Assembly (NCBI GenBank): GCA_039190745.1
Contig: JBCCXZ010000002.1
Location: 64,001-128,000, forward strand
Reading direction: 5' to 3'
DNA length: 64,000 nt
From: Planctomycetota bacterium
GTDB taxonomy: Bacteria; Planctomycetota; Planctomycetia; Pirellulales; Lacipirellulaceae
Shown: positions 9,222-19,834 of the stretch, piece by piece
Layout: the number at the start of each line of letters is the position of its first letter
Position numbering within the stretch: the first letter of the stretch is position 1
The notes under the pieces: generated by a model
Databases searched by the model: none
What the model was told of the DNA's origin: nothing
Seen by the model: the letters and a program-made list of their open reading frames with translations, nothing else
Made by a program: the position numbers and the translations under genes

Positions 9222-10283
9222 CTACTCGGTGCGTGCGACGCCGGCCCCGGCGATCGCGTCACGCATGTCGGTGTCGGCCTGGACGTTCTTCAACTGGTAG
9301 TAATCCATGATGCCGAGCTGGCCGCCGCGGAAGGCGTCGGCCATCGCCTTGGGGACCTCGGCCTCGGCCTCGACGACGCGGGCGCGGTTCTCTTCGATCT
9401 TGGCGGTGTTCTCTTGCTCGGTGGCGATCGCCGCGGCGCGTTTCTTCTCGGCGTTAGCGCGGGCGACACGGGTGTCGGCCTCGGCCTGGTCGGCTTGGAG
9501 GCGGGCGCCGATGTTGTCGCCCACGTCGATGTCGGCGATGTCGATCGAGACGATCTCGAACGCGGTCTGCGAGTCGAGCCGGCGGGCGAGCACGGCCTTG
9601 GAGATCTGGTCGGGGTTCTCGAGCACCGAGGCGTGGTTGGCGGCGGAGCCGATGGCGCTGACGATGCCCTCGCCGACGCGGGCGACGATGGTTTCTTCGG
9701 TGGCGCCGCCGACGAGTTGGTTCAGGTTGGCGCGGACCGTGACGCGGGCCTTCACCTTGAGCTGGATGCCGTCTTTGGCGATCGCGTCGAGCGAAGGCTT
9801 CTTCGACTGGCGCGAAGGGCAGTCGATTACCCGCGGGTAGACGCTGGTTTGGACCGCTTCAAGAATATTGCGGCCGGCAAGGTCGATCGCCGCGGCCTGC
9901 TTGAAGTCGAGGTCGATGATCTTGGCTTTGCGGGCGGCGATCATGGCGCGGATCACCAGCGGCACGTTGCCGCGGGAGAGGTAGTGGGCTTCGAGGTCTT
10001 TGATCGAGATGCCCTCCGAGTCGTCGAGCCCTGCCTGGACAGCCATGATCTTACTGCGGACCAGCACCGACGAGTTCACCTTGCGGAACCGCATGCGGAT
10101 GAGGTCCATCAGGCCGATGTTGGCCCCGGTGGCGACCGAGAGGATGTAGAGGCGGAAGAAGTTGGCCAGGATCGCGATGCCCACCAGCACGAAGATGAGG
10201 GCGACAATCGCGATGAGGAACCAGACCTGCAGCGGGACGTCGGCCGCGAGGAGGATCGGCAGCGAGTGGGTGGCGTCGGGCAT
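9222..10283 (-). CDS. floA: Flotillin-like protein FloA (UPF0365/YqfA)
   Basis: [89 protein letters not shown]. Confidence 0.93.
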   Translation of the reverse strand: MPDATHSLPILLAADVPLQVWFLIAIVALIFVLVGIAILANFFRLYILSVATGANIGLMDLIRMRFRKVNSSVLVRSKIMAVQAGLDDSEGISIKDLEAHYLSRGNVPLVIRAMIAARKAKIIDLDFKQAAAIDLAGRNILEAVQTSVYPRVIDCPSRQSKKPSLDAIAKDGIQLKVKARVTVRANLNQLVGGATEETIVARVGEGIVSAIGSAANHASVLENPDQISKAVLARRLDSQTAFEIVSIDIADIDVGDNIGARLQADQAEADTRVARANAEKKRAAAIATEQENTAKIEENRARVVEAEAEVPKAMADAFRGGQLGIMDYYQLKNVQADTDMRDAIAGAGVARTE

Positions 10284-10365
10284 CTTGCGGGCAGCTCTCG
10301 CGGGGTGTTCTTTTGCCTTGCAGACTTTCTGTCGCAGAACGCTTTATTAGAGGGAACGGGCCGGG

Positions 10366-10947
10366 CTACGCCAACGGGTCGTCTATGGAATCGAGCCCCA
10401 GGTCTTCGATCGGGCGGTTGAGCAGCTCTTCGGACTGCGTGGGGGCGGCAGGGGCTTCGTCGCGTCGGGCGAGGCGGACGACCACGCGGTTGCCGCGGAC
10501 TTCTTCGACGACAACGGGCTGGCCGGGCTCGATCGCCTGGCCGCGGGCGACCGCGTCGATCAGCCGGCCGTCGATCCGGACGGCGCCTGCGGGGAGCATC
10601 TTGGAATGGGCGACGCCGGTCTTGCCGACCAGGGTGCGGCGCGGCTCTTCGGGCGCGGATTCTTCTTCGCTGGCGACCTCGCCCAGAAATGCCTTGCCCA
10701 TCGGCGTGTGCGGCCAGTACTTGAAGGCGAGTGCCACAGCGACGGGCACGGCAACGACAGAGAGCACGACAAACCCGATGCCGGTTTCGGTGCTGCGGCG
10801 GAAGGCGAACACCACGGCCGCCACGAGCAGGGCGACCGCCACAAAACTAAGCAGACCGCCCGAGGGGAGGAACACCTCCAGCACGAAGCAGGCGAGGCCG
10901 AGCATCATGAGGACGATCGCGATGGTAATCGGGTCGAGGATGGTCAT
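10366..10947 (-). CDS. Short NfeD family protein (TM helices plus OB-fold)
   Basis: LEVFLPSGGLL; C-terminal GKTGVAHSKMLPAGAVRIDGRLIDAVA.G..IEPG..V.V..V.GNRVVVR. Confidence 0.88.
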   Translation of the reverse strand: MTILDPITIAIVLMMLGLACFVLEVFLPSGGLLSFVAVALLVAAVVFAFRRSTETGIGFVVLSVVAVPVAVALAFKYWPHTPMGKAFLGEVASEEESAPEEPRRTLVGKTGVAHSKMLPAGAVRIDGRLIDAVARGQAIEPGQPVVVEEVRGNRVVVRLARRDEAPAAPTQSEELLNRPIEDLGLDSIDDPLA

Positions 10948-11097
10948 CGGTTCGAGTACTGGGCGGGGTCTCGGGGTTCGATCGGGGCTAACGGACTCTC
11001 TTCTCAGATTCTACCACTGGCCGAACGGATCGGCGAAGCCCCGCGGGTGCTGCGAGGCGCCGTCGGCTTGCCCAAAGGGCCTAGGCTCGGCAGACGC

Positions 11098-13368
11098 TTA
11101 AGCTCGACGGACTACCACGCGGGTGGCCTGGGTGTCGACCACGACAATCGGCGTGCCCTTGTCGATGATGTCGGCCTCGGCGATGACGTCCAGCAGCTCG
11201 CCGTCGATGTCGGCCTTGCCGGCGGGGCGGAGGTCGGTCGCAGCAGAGCCTGTCTGCCCGAGGAGGTGGCTGTAGTCGGCGAGCGTTTCACGGCGCTCCT
11301 GGATTTCCTTTTCCTCCGGGGTGGCGGCGTCGAGCACCATTTCTTTGTACATCGGCGACGAGAAGATCAGCCGTCGGGAAGCGAAGCCGATTACCACAAA
11401 AGCGATCGTCGCGAGCGCCACCGAGCCAATCGAGCGCACAAGCTGCTGCAACTCGCCGTCGCTTGCAGGGACGACGAAGGTGAGGCTTGCGAGCACGAGC
11501 GAGGCAACGATCATCGCGGCGCCGCCGAGCCCGAAAATACCGAAGCCCGGCAGCACGAAAATCTCCAGCAGAAGGAAGCCGATGCCCGCGACAAACAGCA
11601 GCACCTCCAGCCAGCCGGCGGTGCCGTTGAGGAAGTTGCTCCAGAAGAACAGCAGGAAGGCAACCGAAGCGACAAACCCGCCGACGCCGACGCCGGGCAT
11701 GCGGAGCTCGAAGTAGACGCCCATGATGCCGACCATGATGAGCACGGCGCCCAGCTCGGGCGCGGCGAGGGCCTCGACGAATTCTAGGGCGAGGTTCGGC
11801 TTTAGCTGCTTGGGCGGCTCGCCGAGCAGGTACCGCTCTTGCAGTTCGTCGAAGCTGGCGACGACGTGGTCGGCCAGGCCGAGTCGGTCGGCGGCGTCGG
11901 GGGTGAACACGAGCGGGCCATCGTCGGCGAGGGCGGGGCCCACGGCGGCCCAAGCCGCGGCGTCGGGGAGCGAAGCGGCCTCGTCGCGGCTCATGATGCG
12001 GGTCTCGCCGGTTTGCGCTTGCCGATAAACCGAGAGGTCGATGGCCGGGTTGATCATGGCGGCCATGAGCGACCACGTCCGGCGTGCGTTGAGGGCCACC
12101 TCTGTGAGCACGGCCTCGGCGTTGGCGAGCATCGCTTCGTCGGGCGTTTCGAGGCTGGGGCCGACGCCCAGGGCCGAGCCCTCCTGCAGGACGATCTCGT
12201 CGCAGGCTAGCGCGACCAGCGCGGCGCCGCCGCGGGCCTCGACCGGCACATAGGCCACGGTGCGGACAGAATTGTGGTCGAGGTTCGCCAGCCAGCGGGC
12301 GAGGTCGACGCACGCGACGAGGTCGCCGCCGAGGCTGTCGATCCTCAAGGCCACCCAGTTGGCGCGGTCCGCCTGATCGGCGTCGAGCTCCATGCCGACG
12401 AGGGTCTCAACGCGGCGGGCGACGCGGGGCGTAATGGGGCCCGTTAAGTCAACAACCACCGGCCGCCACGCGTCGCCGATGGCGCCGGATTCGGTCAGGC
12501 TGTCTTCGGCGACGCCGACCGACCGGGCCAGCCCGCCGGTGTCGCGGGCGAGATACTTCACGAAGCCGAAGCGTCGGCCGTCTTTGCCGTTGATCGGCCC
12601 GGTCGAGCCGCGGGGGATGACGGTCGACTGGCGAATCAGCTCACGGGTCTTGGTGAACTCCTCTAGGTCGCGGCGGAAGACGAACTGCAGGCCTTGTTCT
12701 GTCTCGACCTCGAGCACCTCACGGCCGGGATCGACCATGCCGAGCGCGAGAGCCTCGGGCACGGTGCGTGTCGAATTGGCGATCTCGCGGTAGGCGGCGA
12801 CGACGGTCTCACTGACGGGCTCGCCCTGCGGGTCGTCGGCGGGGGCGTTGCCGATTTCGGCTGCGGGGGCCATGACGATCTCTTCGCAGGCCATCGCCAG
12901 GAGCACCCCGTGGCCTTCAACGGTTCGGGGGAGGAACGCCACGGTTTTGACGCCGGCCATCTCGCGGCCGCCGAGGAACCGGGCTACCGCGAGCGAACGC
13001 TCGAAGCGGCCGCCCTCGCTGACCGAGGAGCCGGGCACGAGTTCGATCACCAGCACCGGTCGGCGAGCGTCGCCGGTGGCGCGGGCGGCCTCGAGCAAGC
13101 GGTCCCGGCTGCGGGTGAGCGTGCGTTGCACCGAGCTGTCGGCGCTGCCGGTCAGCGGCAGGCGGACGCGGACGAGTGCGGCGGGCGTGGAGGCCTTCGG
13201 CGCTTTCTGATCGCTTTCTTCCGCTGTTTGCTGAGGAGCGGGTGCGGCGTCGGCCTGATCTTGCTCGGCGCCATCCTGGCCGGCAACTGGTGAGGCGGCG
13301 ATTGTGCAGAGCACCAGCGCGGCGAGCCAAGCGTAGGCGTTTTGCTGCGGGTCGCGCATACAGGTCAT
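11098..13368 (-). CDS. Long NfeD-like protein with two ClpP/crotonase-like domains, TM region and OB-fold
   Basis: Signal peptide; two repeats of (K/R)TVA(F/Y).P...ACEEIV / ACDEIV; IDSLGG; ELRMPGVGVGG, LEIFVLPGFGIFG; C-terminal DLRPAGKADIDG. Confidence 0.88.
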   Translation of the reverse strand: MTCMRDPQQNAYAWLAALVLCTIAASPVAGQDGAEQDQADAAPAPQQTAEESDQKAPKASTPAALVRVRLPLTGSADSSVQRTLTRSRDRLLEAARATGDARRPVLVIELVPGSSVSEGGRFERSLAVARFLGGREMAGVKTVAFLPRTVEGHGVLLAMACEEIVMAPAAEIGNAPADDPQGEPVSETVVAAYREIANSTRTVPEALALGMVDPGREVLEVETEQGLQFVFRRDLEEFTKTRELIRQSTVIPRGSTGPINGKDGRRFGFVKYLARDTGGLARSVGVAEDSLTESGAIGDAWRPVVVDLTGPITPRVARRVETLVGMELDADQADRANWVALRIDSLGGDLVACVDLARWLANLDHNSVRTVAYVPVEARGGAALVALACDEIVLQEGSALGVGPSLETPDEAMLANAEAVLTEVALNARRTWSLMAAMINPAIDLSVYRQAQTGETRIMSRDEAASLPDAAAWAAVGPALADDGPLVFTPDAADRLGLADHVVASFDELQERYLLGEPPKQLKPNLALEFVEALAAPELGAVLIMVGIMGVYFELRMPGVGVGGFVASVAFLLFFWSNFLNGTAGWLEVLLFVAGIGFLLLEIFVLPGFGIFGLGGAAMIVASLVLASLTFVVPASDGELQQLVRSIGSVALATIAFVVIGFASRRLIFSSPMYKEMVLDAATPEEKEIQERRETLADYSHLLGQTGSAATDLRPAGKADIDGELLDVIAEADIIDKGTPIVVVDTQATRVVVRRA

Positions 13369-13483
13369 CCGGGGCCTTTCCTTAGTTCCGCAGACCGGAC
13401 CGGATCGGGTCTGTCGATCCGGGCCTTCACGGCGGAATTATAGGCCTGTAACCGCCGGGCAGCAAAGAAAGGCAACCGCGGCC

Positions 13484-14377
13484 TTAGCGGCGTGCGCCGT
13501 ACTGCGACCGCAGGGCCACCCGCATGCCGCCTTTGACGACCTGCTCGAAGCTGCCGGCTGCGGTGGTCTGTGTGCTGGTGAGGCTCAGCGGGCCGTTCAC
13601 CTCGGCGGCGATGGTGCGGCACGTGGCGACCTCGATCGCCATCCGGCCGGTGACCTGGAACTCTTGGGCCTCGCTGTCGCGGTCGACCGCGTCGATGGTG
13701 GTGGCGAACACGGCGCACGATTGGTCGTCGATCTCCTTGATGTGCTCCAGCTGCATGGTCATGCGGCGGACCTCGCCGACGTCGCCGCTGAGGCCGAGCA
13801 GTTGCTCGGCCAGTTCGCGGGGGACCTCGATGGTCTCGCCCATCGGGATCGCGTGCGCCAACAGGAACTCGGCGAGCGGGTTGGGCTTGCCGAACGTCTT
13901 CAGTGATTCGTACACGAGCTCGAATTCTTGCCGCGGCGGGAGCGTGCCGTCGGGTTTGCGGATTTTGAGGCGGTCGTCGACGCGTTCGACGAGGTAGCTC
14001 TTGCCCTCGACGGATTGCGGGGTCATCTCGTCGGGCGTCTCGCCCTCGGGCCCCTGCCGGCGGCTGATGGGGAACGAGACCTCGCCCCGCCGCACGCGGC
14101 CGTCGACCACTTCGAGCACCTTCACCACGCGCTGCTGCTTGCGGTGGATGGTGGAGCGGCTCTCGTGGGCGATCTGCTCGGACTGGGTGATGGTGGTGGT
14201 GACGTCGAGCTCGACCTCGACCTGCTGAACAACGCTGTCGCCGACAGCGGCGGGTTGCTGCTGGAAGCTGACGTAGTTTGTAGTCTTGGGACCGGTCTCG
14301 TCTTCGGCCGCGGATGCGGGCAGGGCTGTGATAGTGACGAACAGAAGAGCGAACGAAGCGCGGCGATAGGTATGCAT
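13484..14377 (-). CDS. Secreted beta-rich hypothetical protein
   Basis: Signal peptide MHTYRRASFALLFVTITALPASAA; strong codon bias. The longer track ORF runs into the REP region. Confidence 0.78.
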   Translation of the reverse strand: MHTYRRASFALLFVTITALPASAAEDETGPKTTNYVSFQQQPAAVGDSVVQQVEVELDVTTTITQSEQIAHESRSTIHRKQQRVVKVLEVVDGRVRRGEVSFPISRRQGPEGETPDEMTPQSVEGKSYLVERVDDRLKIRKPDGTLPPRQEFELVYESLKTFGKPNPLAEFLLAHAIPMGETIEVPRELAEQLLGLSGDVGEVRRMTMQLEHIKEIDDQSCAVFATTIDAVDRDSEAQEFQVTGRMAIEVATCRTIAAEVNGPLSLTSTQTTAAGSFEQVVKGGMRVALRSQYGARR

Positions 14378-14397
14378 GACGATGCCGTTTATTGTTT

Positions 14398-14471
14398 GGT
14401 GCCATGCCCACGCTTGCGTGGGCATGGCGACCTGGTGATTCACATGCCCACGCAAGCGTGGGCATGGCACC
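14398..14471. repeat. Inverted pair of 29-bp REP-like palindromes (GGTG-headed)
   Basis: GGTGCCATGCCCACGCTTGCGTGGGCATG (14398-14426) and its exact reverse complement (14443-14471), 16-nt spacer; each copy is itself a hairpin. Confidence 0.9.
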
Positions 14472-14567
14472 GGGGGACTGGAGAAGTGGCGCGGGATGGT
14501 CGCCGCTGGGCGGGGTGTGGTCAACGGCAAGTTGCTGGCGGATGCGGTTGCTAGCAGGCAGCAGCAA

Positions 14568-14646
14568 CGTAGGATGGGTGCTTGCACCCATCTTCTCTGT
14601 CGATGTCCCCTCGCTAGGCAAGATGGGTGCGAGCACCCATCCTACG
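14568..14646. repeat. Inverted pair of 27-bp GTAG-type REP-like palindromes
   Basis: CGTAGGATGGGTGCTTGCACCCATCTT (14568-14594) and a 26/27-identical reverse complement (14620-14646), 25-nt spacer. Confidence 0.9.
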
Positions 14647-15526
14647 ATTGCTCGGCGAGCATCTGATCTAATGCCGCAACGGCGACCGGCCAGCCGGTGA
14701 CGGAGTCGCGATAGGTATTCCACCAGTTGTGAAGAGCTTCGGCCGTGGGGGCGGGGTCGCCAGGGACACAGTGCCAGGCTTCGAGCGCCGCGGGGAGCAT
14801 CTCCACGCCGCCGGCGGCGAGGCCGAGGTCTTCGCTGGCGGCGAGCGCCACCGGCACCGTGGCCAGCGCCGAAGCACGCGCGGCACGCAGCGGGCCGACC
14901 GCTTCGGCGACCGCGGGCAGGTCGGCGTTGAGCTGCGCGAGGAGCCAGCCTAGGCGGAGCGTCTCGGCGAGGTCGGGGCGGGCGTCGGTGAGCAGGCCCT
15001 CGAACACCACGCGGTTAGTGATGGGGTAGGCGTAGCCGTGGCCGCCGGCGAGCGGGGCGACCAGCACCACCTCGGCCGAGTCGGGCGTGAGTTGAGCACC
15101 GGCTAGGCGGTGCATCGCCTTGAGCAGCCCTGGGCCGCGGGCCTCCCACTGCTCCCGCAGCGGGCGGGTGCGGGCGACGAGTTCTTCGGCCAGCTTGGGG
15201 CGCTGGCGCATCATCGTCGACTCGAGCGACGCGACCGCGGCGGCGAGCGTGCTCACGCGGGCGTCGGTGGTTTCCGATTGGCCGAAGACGCGCACCAACG
15301 CAGCACGGGCCAGCTCGCGGTTGTTCTCAAACTGGGCCGAGAGCGAACCGAGCGCCCGCAGGAGTGCTTCAGCGTTGTCGCCGTACTCTACTGTTGCACG
15401 CAGCAAGCCCTCCGCCTGGGGCAGCAACTCGGCGGCAAGCTGCGTGTCGACAATCTCCAGCCCGTCGCCGATGACGCGGGCGGCGTGGCTGCAGCTGGCG
15501 GAGGTGCTGGTCTTCCAGGTGAGCAT
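14642..15526 (-). CDS. Hypothetical protein
   Basis: 294-aa ORF with host-like codon bias, downstream of metG (QWEARGPGLL, LRLGWLLAQLN). Confidence 0.75.
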   Translation of the reverse strand: MLTWKTSTSASCSHAARVIGDGLEIVDTQLAAELLPQAEGLLRATVEYGDNAEALLRALGSLSAQFENNRELARAALVRVFGQSETTDARVSTLAAAVASLESTMMRQRPKLAEELVARTRPLREQWEARGPGLLKAMHRLAGAQLTPDSAEVVLVAPLAGGHGYAYPITNRVVFEGLLTDARPDLAETLRLGWLLAQLNADLPAVAEAVGPLRAARASALATVPVALAASEDLGLAAGGVEMLPAALEAWHCVPGDPAPTAEALHNWWNTYRDSVTGWPVAVAALDQMLAEQS

Positions 15527-15528
15527 GA

Positions 15529-15648
15529 GGAATGTGAGATGTAGGATGTGAGGTTGACGATGTCAGAGGGAAAAGAAATCGCAACGGCAAGTTCAGACCC
15601 GTACCGCTTTCACATCGTCAATCTAACATCTTCCATTTCACTTCCACT
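15529..15648. repeat. Imperfect inverted repeat built from 7-nt units
   Basis: Left arm ATGTGAG ATGTAGG ATGTGAG GTTGACG ATGTCAG; right arm reverse complement ...GATGTTAGATTGACGATGTGAAA. Confidence 0.7.
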
Positions 15649-15649
15649 C

Positions 15650-17707
<2,058 letters not shown>

Positions 17708-18161
17708 CGAGTAGCGGGTTCGGTTAAGGGGTTGCGGCGTGGCTGGGGGCGTATTCTACCGGCAGTCCGCGGGGGCCGGGAGGTCGCTGGCGCCGGAGTG
17801 GCGCGGCATTCGCACTACGGGCGTGCGGCTACGGCTCAATGAGCGGTCGCCGGCATAAAACCCGGGAATTCGCACCCGCGGGTGAGATTGGCCTTGTAGG
17901 AATTACGCATGTTCAAGACAGTCCGTCCCCCCACCGGCGTCCCCCCTTGAGACCTACCCGCAACCTGAGAGACCTACCCCCGCACCGGCGGCGCTTTTGA
18001 GCTGGAAGGATCTGGCCGACGCGACGCGAGTGGTGCACCGCTTCTGAGAACAGACCCGGCTGAGGCTGGCGGCGTTCGCGCTGTTGGCGCCCGAGGGTCG
18101 CCCCACAACCAAGACTTCCCGCTTTGCCGGGCGGCCGCGCTGGTATCCATGGAGGGAACCG

Positions 18162-19646
18162 ATGGCCTGCTACCGCACACGAATATTCCCCACCCTGTTG
18201 TTGCTGCCAACGCTGTTGCTGCTGTTGGCGGCCGACGCTTCTCTCTCGCGTGCCGAGACGACCCTGCTGTGCTTCTCGTCGCCCAGCTGCGGACCCTGTC
18301 GGCAGATGCAGCCCACCCTGCAGCGACTCGCCCAGGCGGGCCACCGGCTGCAGAAGATCGACGTGACGCGCGACCGGCAGACCGCGGCGCGGTTCCGGGT
18401 GGAGAGCGTCCCGACGTTCGTCGTGCTGGTCGACAATCGCGAGATGGCGCGGCTGGTCGGTTCGACCGATCAGGCCACGCTGCTGGGTATGCTCTCCAAG
18501 AGCGAGCACCTCGCCGGCGTGGGCCGGCCGAGCGCCCCGGCGCACTCGCCAGCGACGCTCGCAGGGAACCCGTTCCCGAGCCTCCCCGGCTCTGCCGGCT
18601 CCAGACGGAACGCCGAAGAAGGCCGCATTGTGAAGGTGCAGGCCGAGGGCCCGCCGCGCGGAAGGCTGCTGGGTGCGACGGCGCGCGGGCCGGCCGCTGC
18701 AACGCAGAAAGACCTGATCGCCGTGACGGTGAAACTCTCGGTCGACGACCCGCAGGGGCAGTCCAACGGCACAGGCACCATCGTCGACGCCCGCAAGGGG
18801 CAGGCACTGGTGCTAACGTGCGGGCACCTGTTCCGTGAGTCGGGCGGTTCGGGAGCGATCATGGTGACGCTCTACGAGTCGTCGCCCAGCGGTGCTGTGC
18901 AGCGAGCGACCGTACCAGGCAAGCTGATCGACTACGACCTCGACCGCGACCTGGGCCTGGTGGCGATCCAGCCGGGGGTGGCGGTGCAGGCGGCGGCGAT
19001 CGCCCCGGTCGGCACGGCCACGGCTCCCGGTGAGGCGGTCGCCTCGGTCGGTTGCAACCAGGGCGCCGACCCGACCGTGCTGCGTTCGCGCGTGACAACG
19101 GTCGACCGCTACTCGGGGCACCCGAACCTGCAAGTGGCAGGCGCGCCGATTGAAGGACGCAGCGGCGGCGGGTTGTTCAACAGCCGCGGGCAGCTGGTCG
19201 GCGTTTGCTTCGCGGCCGACCCCGAAGGCAACGAAGGCCTGTACGCAGCGGCCCGTTCGGTCCAAGCCAAGCTCGACGCGTTGCAGCTCTCGATGGTGTA
19301 CCGCTCGCCTTCGCTTGAGGGCGGTCCGGCAGACGGCAATCCGCCCGCGACGGCGCTGGCCGCGTCGCCGCAGCCTACGGCAACGACGCCGGGAACGGTG
19401 CGTGGGCAAAACTCACTGGCCGCGGCTCCGGTGCCGAACCTGAGCCCCGCAGAGCAGGCCGGCCTGGAAGAGATTGTCGCTCGCGCGGTGCAATCGGAAG
19501 TTGTCGTCGTGGTTCGGCCGAAAGAGCTCGGCGGTAAGAGCGAGGTCTTCACGCTCCGCGATGTCTCACCAGAGTTCCTGGCCCGCTTGCGTGAGGCGCA
19601 GCCGGGCCGTTCGACCAACGCGGCCGCGGGCGCCCTGCTTCGGTAG
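18162..19646 (+). CDS. Secreted thioredoxin / trypsin-like serine protease fusion
   Basis: Signal peptide; CGPC thioredoxin with VPTF cis-Pro; protease triad motifs LTCGHLF, DRDLGL, GRSGGGLF. Confidence 0.85.
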   Translation: MACYRTRIFPTLLLLPTLLLLLAADASLSRAETTLLCFSSPSCGPCRQMQPTLQRLAQAGHRLQKIDVTRDRQTAARFRVESVPTFVVLVDNREMARLVGSTDQATLLGMLSKSEHLAGVGRPSAPAHSPATLAGNPFPSLPGSAGSRRNAEEGRIVKVQAEGPPRGRLLGATARGPAAATQKDLIAVTVKLSVDDPQGQSNGTGTIVDARKGQALVLTCGHLFRESGGSGAIMVTLYESSPSGAVQRATVPGKLIDYDLDRDLGLVAIQPGVAVQAAAIAPVGTATAPGEAVASVGCNQGADPTVLRSRVTTVDRYSGHPNLQVAGAPIEGRSGGGLFNSRGQLVGVCFAADPEGNEGLYAAARSVQAKLDALQLSMVYRSPSLEGGPADGNPPATALAASPQPTATTPGTVRGQNSLAAAPVPNLSPAEQAGLEEIVARAVQSEVVVVVRPKELGGKSEVFTLRDVSPEFLARLREAQPGRSTNAAAGALLR

Positions 19647-19834
19647 GCCAGGGCTTGGGGTGGCCGGCATATCTGTCGTTACCGGCGCAACCCGGTTCGG
19701 TCCTTGTTTCTACGGGCCGGCATTCCCTGAAGAACAGCGCCCACGCGTGACCTAGACTGCCACTAGGCAGCAAACCGGCCGCCGTTTCCATGAAAGGCCG
19801 GATGAGCCCAAGCCCCCACGGGGACGGTCTACTA

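Noticed and set aside
8295..10421. 708-aa plus-strand ORF and similar long overlapping ORFs throughout the window
   Set aside because: Antisense or off-frame shadows of well-supported genes; Arg/Gly/Ala-rich and without motifs.
14378..14723. N-terminal extensions of track ORFs 13484..14587 and 13365..14723
   Set aside because: They translate REP palindromes; the signal peptide begins at 14377.
17710..17900. T-box or SAM riboswitch upstream of metG
   Set aside because: No T-box (AAGGTGGTACC-like) or S-box consensus is visible; only a TAGAAT -10-like box.
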